From Callorhinchus milii (taxonomy: Eukaryota): a DNA stretch of 64,000 nucleotides. This document shows positions 57,201 through 64,000 of this stretch, piece by piece. The number at the start of each line of letters is the position of its first letter. Within the stretch, counting starts at the first letter, position 1. Location of the stretch: positions 1,736,001-1,800,000 of the forward strand of contig NW_024704769.1 of assembly GCF_018977255.1 (NCBI RefSeq), written 5' to 3'. The translations under genes were made by a program, and so were the position numbers. Below the pieces are notes generated by a model. It was not told the DNA's origin. It saw nothing but the letters and a program-made list of their open reading frames with translations, and did no database searches.

Positions 57201-60200
57201 AGCCCCACCCACCCACAGCCCCACCCACCCACAGCCCCACCCACCACCCTGCCCCCACCCGCAGCCCCGCCCTCACCCAACCACAGCCCCGCCCTCACCC
57301 ACCAACAGCCCCGCCCTCACCCACAGCCCCACCCTCACCCACAGCCCCGCCCTCACCCACCCACAGCCCCGCCCTCACCACCCACATACTTACATGACAG
57401 GCAACCAGAGCGCCCACATTCCAGCCAATCAGGACAATGGGTCTGGTTGGGAAGTGAGTTTGTGACTGTCGAGAGAGTGAGAGAGAGACCTTGAGTCATC
57501 CATCCACAGAAAATAAATCCACTCCCGCTGAGCCAGGCTCACAGCCTCCTCCCCACACCCCCACCCCACACACACACACACTCCCCTTCCCCCACTCCCC
57601 CTTCACCCAAACTCTCTCCCCCTCTTCCCTCACATTACACGGAAGCAAACCGAGAATGGAAAACAATCAGTTTACCTTATTACGGTTTAGGAAAACAAAT
57701 AACTTGCCTAAGGTTTCGTCCTGACCCGCCCGGGAATCGAACCCAGGTCCTCTCGCTTGCGAGTCGAGTGCTCTAACCGCTGAGCTGCAACTTCCATTAC
57801 TCACCTCGTGAACCTTTGCTCTGATGGCTGCGATCATATTCTCCAGACACTGGGAAACACTAACTCCAGAGCCGCTGTGGGATACATGCATCGTAACGGG
57901 AATCACCTGCAGAACAAGTCCAGCCGGAGCCAGTTACACTCACAGCCACGTAAACCCAGCAACCACCCACCACCCCCCACTACAAACCCTGCACATGGGC
58001 AAAGTGTTTTATTTGTAACCAATCTGCACACAGCGACGTCCCCGCAAACAGCCATGGAGTGATTGGCCAATTTTATCTGCGGGATTGTCAGCCACAGTTG
58101 TTACGGTCCGGAATGCACTGTCTGACTGGGTGGTGGAAGCAGAGTCGATAGCTTTCAAAAGGGAATTATAGAGGTATTTGAAAAGGAAGAATTTTCATGG
58201 CTTTGGGGTAAGAGTGGGGGAGTGGGACTAGTTGGGGTGAGAGCGGGGGAGTAGGACTAGTTGGGTAGATCTTTCAAAGAGTCGGCACAGGCTCGATGGG
58301 CCGAATGGCCTCCTTCTGTGCTGTAAGATTCTATGACATCGGGAGAGAGAGAGAAACTTGCTTCTCTTTTCTAACAGCGCCGCAGGGGGAGAGATCGTTA
58401 ACGCCCACCTGAACCGGGCACAGACGGGGAATGAGTGAGGTTTAACGTCTCATCCGAAGGACGGCGTCTCTGACAATGCGGCGCTCTCTCTCTCTCCCTC
58501 TCCCCCTCCCTCCAGCGCTGCGCTGGAGTGTCAGCCTGGGCTGTGAGCTCAGAGTCCCCACACATAGAGGCTCGAACCCACACCTTCTGATTCAGAGGCG
58601 AGTGAGCTAGCGACTGAGCCAGGACCACACCTTAATACTGTATCCCAGCCTTCGGCATAGCAAACCCCATTCCACTGTGTGCTGGCACTGCGCAAATGCA
58701 ATGTGTTGTCGCTGTTGTTGTTGACTGACCTTTCCCAAACAGGAGAGCTGTGAGTGCCAGAAACGGTTGCGACGGGTTGTGGACAAGAGACTGTTGGTCG
58801 GCCCATTGGGAGCCACGAGTAGGAGAGGGGAGCCAGGGATCTTAGTCTGAGGACAAGGAGAAGAAACACTGTCCTTTTAGTCGCTGATAATATAACAATA
58901 ATCCTTGCATTTTATTCAGCGCCTTATCACGTGGTCGAGATGCTTCAAACCGCTTCACAAAATATACTGTGAAGTGTAGTGACTGTGTATTTTATGGGCG
59001 AAATGCGGCAGCCAATTGCGCATAGCAGCGTCCCCACAAACAGTCGTGGATTGAGTGACCAATTTATAATATTTTTTTGTTGGGATTATTACCCCTGGAA
59101 AAGCGATCCGCCAATCGACTAACAACCGGGTTCCTACTGACTGTTAAATAACCAGAGGCGCGTGTGTGTGTGTGTGGAGTAAGGAAACTTGCCCAACGTT
59201 TTGCCCTGACTGGGAATTAAACCCAGGTCCTCTGGCTTACGAGGTGAGCTCTAACCAATGAGCTACAGGACTGCACTATGTGTATAAACATTAATATACA
59301 AATGTAACTTGTTGTTGTTGAGGGAAGGTACTCACAGGCTTGTTGTGGGACAGCACACCCACTGCTGGGTCCCAGGGACGTTTGAGGAGTAAGGAGAGGG
59401 CCTCAGCTCCCGCTGCTCCCGACTTGGCAGTCGATGAGATGATCATTCTGTCAATCAGGGTCGGGACCTGGTAAAGCGGAAGGAAACGTCCTGGTTTCAC
59501 TCTCACAGCAACACTTCCTACAGAGCTCCTGTATCCTCCTCCGCCCCAAACTCCGTGCCCTCGTCATCCCAGTCCCTGCCAGGCTCCACCGACTTCCAGC
59601 TGACCCCACCCCAAAAATAAAATACCCTATGGAACCCTTTATCATTTTAAATACCTTACAAACTCAAGGGAATACATTAAGGGGTGTAATAATAATCCTT
59701 GCATTTGATGAAGCGCCTTATCACGTCTTCGAGACGTCTCAAAGCCTTCACAGCTCCTGTAAAGTGAAGTGACTGTGTACTTTGGGGGCGAAATGTACTG
59801 TAAAAGTGGGTTACCTTGCATTTCAGTGTCTGAAGCACATCGAGATAGGCAGAGAGCATGGGGAGACTGAGAGATTCGACCAGTGTGGAGTGCAGCCACT
59901 GTGTCAGCCTGGTCTCCCAGTTCACACTGGCCAGGGCCTGTCGAACTCGTCGCGTACATTTATCCACCGCGATCCTCCTCAGCACTGGCTCATTACTGGC
60001 CTGGAGAGGGAGAGAGAGGGAGATTGCAATTATAGTCGTATCACTGTAGCTCAGGGGTTAGAGCCCTCGCCTCGCAAGCGAGAGGGCCTGGGTTCAGTTC
60101 CCAGGCGGGCAGGGCGAAACGTTGGGCAAGTTTCCTTACGCCACACACACACCTCTGTTTACCAGCAGTCAGTAGGAATCCGGTTGTTAGCTGATTGGCG

Positions 60201-61805
60201 GATGGCTTTTCCGCGGGTAATAATCCCTTCAAATAAAAAAAGTGCCCTGGTATTTTTAATGTCCACCTGAACAGGCAAACGGGACCTCGGTTTAACATTG
60301 CAAACCCCGCCCCAGCGCTGCATTGGAACGTCAGCTTAAACTGTGTCCTGACGCGAGGTTCGAACCCACAACCTTCTGACTCAAGAGGCGAGAGCGCGAC
60401 CACTGAGCCAGGCTGACGCACACTGAGCTGGGCTGACACTCACACTGCGCCTGGTTGACACACTGCTGCCAGACAGAAAGACACTGGAATGCTACCCCTG
60501 TGCCACTCACCCCTTCGTTCCCCAGCCTGGCCAGCCGGTCTGACTGGAGGGCCTTCACGATCTTGTTGAAGAGTTTATTCTGCGCCGCCGTCCAGCCCAG
60601 CCTGGGAGAGGGAAGCCAGAGTCAGGCTCAGCACGGCACAAGCTGCACCGTAACAGCCACTCGCACTTACGCAGAGCCCCCTCCCGCAGGGCAGCGTTTG
60701 ACAGTGGCGGAGCACTATGCCAAGCCGAGTGGAGGTGACCGCAGGCACTCGTCGAATTTGGAAGGTCTTCGGGCGCGACCTTAAGATGGGGAGGGAAGGG
60801 GGCGAGGCGGAGGGATTGGAGGAGAGAGTGGCAGAGTTTCGGGGCGCAGCAGCTAAAAAGCTCGGCCACCGATGGTGGAATGGAGGGCACGAGGGACAAG
60901 CAGGAGGCCGGAGCCAGCTGAGTGAGGGGAGGTAGTGGGTTGGGGAGTAAGCAGGTCGGAGAGGTAGGGAGGTGCCAGGGCATGAGGGGATTTGAAGACG
61001 AGTGAGAGGATCTTGAAACACAGGCACAACTCGGCCACACATGTCACATACACATACGTCTCACACACGCACCGATTGACGTGATCTTCCCAGTCGTCGG
61101 GGGGCAGCGGGGCGTCCGTGTCCGTCCGGGCAAAGATGACGTGACGCTCGCATTCGTTCATCACGCTCCGGGCCTTCTGGTTATCGTACAGCGGCAGTGG
61201 GCTGGGCAGCACCGTGTCCACGTCCACGACCACATCCCCCTCACTGCAAAACGCAGCGAAACACAGCTCACACGCCTGTACACACGTACATGGACATAGT
61301 CAGTGGGAAATATGTGTGCCCAACCCCTTGTGACATTTAGCCTTGACGTCTCTGACAATGTGTCTCTCTTTCTCTATCTCTCTCTCTCTATCTCCCTGTG
61401 GGGCTCGAACCCACAACCTCCGGACTTGGAGGCGAGTGAGCGAGAGACTGAGCCACAGGCTGCCGTTCGGGCAGTGTTTGGTTACACTTCGAAGGGTCCC
61501 CGCGGATCTCTTGACCGTCCAGCATCCAGACCGTCCTCCTGATGTGAAAGGCGCCGTGTGCATGTCTTCCGTTGCTGTTGCGACTGCTCTTACCTGCTGT
61601 TGTCTTGGTGTCTCCTGGGAGTGACGAAGAGCATGCGGGCGGGCCGGGAGGTGCTGGCGTCTGGGTGAGCGCTCCATGGCTTGGCGTAGCTGTGATCCAG
61701 GAACACCAGGTCCAGCTCCCGCTCGTGGGCCGAGAGCTGGAACAGTAACGAGGTGCCCATGCGCCGAGCGGAGCTCTGAAAATCACGCTCACCTCGACCG
61801 GACAT
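47685..61805 (-). CDS. KANSL3: KAT8 regulatory NSL complex subunit 3, 22 coding exons, about 1163 aa
   Basis: The ATG at 61805 gives [49 protein letters not shown]. The 22 GT-AG exons join in frame (3492 nt) and include the alpha/beta-hydrolase-like region ([42 protein letters not shown]). TAA is at 47685-47687. Confidence 0.93.
48683..48827 (-). CDS. KANSL3: KANSL3 coding exon 21 (predicted extension)
   Basis: tag|CTC CGT GAC ATC...GTA G|gtgagg; open, with phases matching both neighbours. Confidence 0.7.
49405..49577 (-). CDS. KANSL3: KANSL3 coding exon 20
   Basis: [16 protein letters not shown]...GQSQQ. Confidence 0.88.
50001..50193 (-). CDS. KANSL3: KANSL3 coding exon 19
   Basis: ...[14 protein letters not shown]...; CAGCAG tandem acceptor (exon start 50193 or 50190). 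Confidence 0.88.
50819..50928 (-). CDS. KANSL3: KANSL3 coding exon 18
   Basis: [19 protein letters not shown]...PTQ. Confidence 0.9.
51355..51509 (-). CDS. KANSL3: KANSL3 coding exon 17
   Basis: SSPAGPPD...[14 protein letters not shown]...GISS. Confidence 0.85.
51869..51953 (-). CDS. KANSL3: KANSL3 coding exon 16
   Basis: [27 protein letters not shown]. Confidence 0.88.
52057..52200. repeat. 23-bp purine-rich tandem repeat
   Basis: GTGGGAGAGGGGGAATAGAGGGG repeated about 6 times. Confidence 0.85.
52247..52435 (-). CDS. KANSL3: KANSL3 coding exon 15
   Basis: [15 protein letters not shown]...[13 protein letters not shown]. Confidence 0.92.
53055..53132 (-). CDS. KANSL3: KANSL3 coding exon 14
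   Basis: [26 protein letters not shown]. Confidence 0.92.
53495..53696 (-). CDS. KANSL3: KANSL3 coding exon 13
   Basis: [16 protein letters not shown]...VLTQKQAQ. Confidence 0.9.
53742..54112 (+). mobile_element. Unclassified dispersed element (fragment)
   Basis: Homologous blocks at 15522-15690(+), 19340-19850(+), 21352-22000(+), 40965-41395(-), 43330-43420(-), 48919-49235(-) and 63430-63497(-). Confidence 0.7.
54263..54460 (-). CDS. KANSL3: KANSL3 coding exon 12
   Basis: [11 protein letters not shown]...RPASP...SPSGSE. Confidence 0.95.
55044..55107 (-). CDS. KANSL3: KANSL3 coding exon 11
   Basis: [21 protein letters not shown]. Confidence 0.95.
55653..55810 (-). CDS. KANSL3: KANSL3 coding exon 10
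   Basis: [15 protein letters not shown]...GGGDDNLR. Confidence 0.95.
55900..56580 (+). mobile_element. L2 LINE 3' fragment with an internal ~62-bp tandem expansion
   Basis: [13 protein letters not shown]-encoding segment repeated 5 times, then the L2 ORF2 end and a tail AAGCGCTCTGGG...AAATGCAAG(TTG)n. Confidence 0.8.
56620..56694 (-). CDS. KANSL3: KANSL3 coding exon 9
   Basis: [25 protein letters not shown]. Confidence 0.95.
56770..57385. repeat. C-rich minisatellite (CCCACCCACAGC-like) in a KANSL3 intron
   Basis: Degenerate tandem units between coding exons 8 and 9. Confidence 0.85.
57394..57465 (-). CDS. KANSL3: KANSL3 coding exon 8
   Basis: [24 protein letters not shown]. Confidence 0.93.
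57805..57906 (-). CDS. KANSL3: KANSL3 coding exon 7
   Basis: VIPVTMH...[15 protein letters not shown]. Confidence 0.94.
58020..58622 (-). mobile_element. Older DeuSINE/SacSINE1-like SINE with a nested CR1 fragment
   Basis: On -: tRNA-like head TGGCTCAGTCGCTAGCTCACTCGCCTCTGAATCAGAAGGTGTGGGTTCGAGCC, then GCTGACACTCCAGCGCAG...CCGTCCTTCGGATGAGACGTTAAACC, which resembles the Deu domain as I recall it. A CR1 3' end interrupts it at about 58105-58335. Related pieces lie at about 2590-2650, 5085-5165, 37545-37660, 49820-49910, 60240-60420 and 61340-61460. Confidence 0.7.
58730..58846 (-). CDS. KANSL3: KANSL3 coding exon 6
   Basis: [10 protein letters not shown]...[12 protein letters not shown]. Confidence 0.95.
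59336..59467 (-). CDS. KANSL3: KANSL3 coding exon 5
   Basis: VPTLIDRM...[16 protein letters not shown]. Confidence 0.95.
59815..60000 (-). CDS. KANSL3: KANSL3 coding exon 4
   Basis: [15 protein letters not shown]...LQTLKCK. Confidence 0.95.
60511..60601 (-). CDS. KANSL3: KANSL3 coding exon 3
   Basis: [30 protein letters not shown]. Confidence 0.95.
61073..61243 (-). CDS. KANSL3: KANSL3 coding exon 2
   Basis: EGDVVVDVD...[20 protein letters not shown]...DHVNR. Confidence 0.95.
61594..61805 (-). CDS. KANSL3: KANSL3 coding exon 1
   Basis: [10 protein letters not shown]...RRHQDNS; exon acceptor boundary at 61841. Confidence 0.93.
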
Positions 61806-63062
61806 TTGCTCAACTTCAGCGTCAGCTCCGGCTGAAATCACCTGAAATACACACACACACACACACACACACAGAGAGGTGTCAGCGCTCAAAGCGTAAA
61901 ACACACAGTCACTCCCCCTCACTTTCCCCCCCCACCCCCCCACCCCCCCCCTCCCTCGCCGTCTTAATGGGAATCCTTGCGTTCGATCACCCTGGCGCCT
62001 CATCGCGTGGTCGAGGACGTCTCAAAGCGCTTCGCGGGACACGCCGCCGAGCGGATTGACTGCTAACAAAGCGTGGGCTTTGTTGGGTCAAATTGGAAGT
62101 TGTTCTTGTTTTTTTTTTTGACGGATTCCGATTTAATCGAAAAACAGGAAACATTAATTTGCACAAAGTCCTGTAGGGTATTGGTTAGAGCGAACCTGAG
62201 GCGAGTTTCCTTACTCCCCACATACACACACACACCTATTTACCAGCAGTCAGTAGGAACCCGGTTGTTGGTCGATTGGCGGAGGGCTTTGCCGGGGGGT
62301 AATAATCCCTCCAAAAAATTAATAATAATTTGGTCACTTCCATCCACACTGCTGTGGGCGATCGGCTGCCGCCAAAACACTTTGCGGTGTGTCCCGCGAA
62401 GCGCTTTGAGACGTCTCGACCACGTGCTAAGGCGCTGTATCAAATGCAAGGATTATTATTGTTATTATTAATATTATTATTATGATGATTATGATGATTT
62501 CTGACCCTCCCTCCCTCCCTCCGCTCCTCTCCAGGCCTGTCCTCCGGGAACACAAGTGCAAACACAAGCAACAACTCCTACAGAGAATAAAGATGATCAA
62601 GATATCAAAAATCATTTCCCCCATCCCCCCCCACAACCCCAACCCCAACCCTCAGCCAAATTTAACGGCCAAAAAAGGCCATCGCAAAATCTAATAAGTC
62701 TTAAAAAGAAAAAAAAAAACTATTTTTTTGATAACACGGTAAGACAGTCACCACTTTTTTCGGACACCTCGTTCGAGCGACAGATATCACTGCAAGGGAC
62801 ACGGGGCGAAGGAGCAGATTTCTTGAAGGTGGGGGCGGTGGGGGGGGGGGGTGGGGAGAGCGATAAACTAACTTCATCCGTAAGGTGATCAAAGCATCTC
62901 CTCTGCTCCGAGAACTGATAGCCCAACGTCCGCGGTGTCTGCAGCTCTTAGGAACTAAATGGGAAAGCCACGCGATTTGGGCAACTCAAGGTCACTACTC
63001 GAGGTGGGTGGGGGGGTTGGGGGCGGGCAGGGGGTGGGGGGCGGGCAGGGGGTGGGTGGGTG

Positions 63063-63087
63063 NNNNNNNNNNNNNNNNNNNNNNNNN
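63063..63087. other. Assembly gap (25 N)
   Basis: Run of N. Confidence 1.
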
Positions 63088-64000
63088 TAATACATTAATT
63101 CGATCGCTCAGTCCACGGCTGTTTGTGGGGACCCCGTTCTGCGCCATCGGCTGCCGCGTTTCGCCCACAAAATATAAAGTCAATTCACTTTACAGAATAT
63201 TCTGTGAAGCGCTTTGAGACGTCTCAACAATGTGATAAGGCGCCATATCAAATGCAAGTAGTAGTATTATTATTATTTGTTATATTACCTCCTAGTGTTA
63301 CTAGTCCGGAACCAGGGGAGGTTAGAAAACCATTCCTTAACACAGCGTGTGGTTGGAATGTGGCATTTTCTGATTCAAACTGCAGATGAATTCAACCCTT
63401 TTAAAGGGAATTAGGTAGATTTCCCTTTTAACCTGTTTGGTTTGAAGACTCTTAAATACAGTGATGGGTTTCCGCGTGTGTCAGACACCCGGCTGATCAA
63501 GAAAAAACTGTGAAAGTGACTGCTTAACTAAATGTAACTAGTGGAACCGTGCCGGTGACTTGCCAGGTGTGTGGGTGGTGGGAATCAGCCCGGTGTGAAG
63601 GAGGAAGGAAAGCCTGGGTTCCAACCAGCCCCAAGATTAAAGTCGCGATACCATTACAATGTCTAACAAGTCTTGTAACGAAATGAGGATAATTATTAGT
63701 AATTATTATTGAAATAAATGTTATCACGACTTTTTGGTCGCCCTGTACAGCCCCTACTGTGTGTCTGCGTGTGTGTGTGTGTATATACTGTCCTGTGTAA
63801 AGATTTAGTTAGTTAGTTAGTTAGTCAGTTAGTTAGGCAAAGTCAGACCAATGTAAGTGGGTTTTTTTTTATCTGTTTGTCTTCAGGAATTAACAGACTT
63901 GCAGCGAGACCCTCCGGCACAGTGCTCAGCTGGCCCTGCAGGGGAAGACAGTAAGTGATCAACAACAACAGCTGACATTTACACGGCACTTTTCACGGCG

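Noticed and set aside
56566-57465. 299-aa Pro/His/Thr-rich ORF on +
   Set aside because: It is an intronic minisatellite antisense to KANSL3.

Overview
Vertebrate genomic DNA, most likely from a cartilaginous fish. This is inferred from the repeat landscape: DeuSINE/SacSINE1-like SINEs plus L2 and CR1 tails. I assembled five protein-coding genes by hand from GT-AG exons with consistent phases. (1) POLB, last 3 coding exons (+, 6154-10898). (2) DKK4, complete, 4 exons, 240 aa (-, 22658-14304). (3) VDAC3, only a probable 5' UTR exon and the first coding exon (+, 29531-29597); no further exons were found. (4) ACTR1B, complete, 11 exons, 376 aa (+, 35551-44605). (5) KANSL3, 22 coding exons, about 1163 aa (-, 61805-47685), with an apparent ~240-aa C-terminal extension relative to the human protein as I recall it. 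The rest is dominated by a tRNA-Ala-like SINE at roughly one copy per kb, older DeuSINE-like copies, L2 and CR1 3' fragments, small DNA-transposon remnants, an unclassified dispersed element whose end seeds a 41-bp satellite, and mini/microsatellites. Three N-gaps (31968-31992, 34483-34682, 63063-63087) and poor-looking sequence near 27.7-28.5 kb make the 27-35 kb part structurally uncertain. I found no CRISPR array, true tRNA gene or clearly new enzymatic system. The most interesting leads are repeat biology, the KANSL3 extension, the truncated VDAC3 and an orphan coding-like CpG segment at 31.5 kb. Comparisons to human proteins and repeat consensus sequences are from memory, not from searches.
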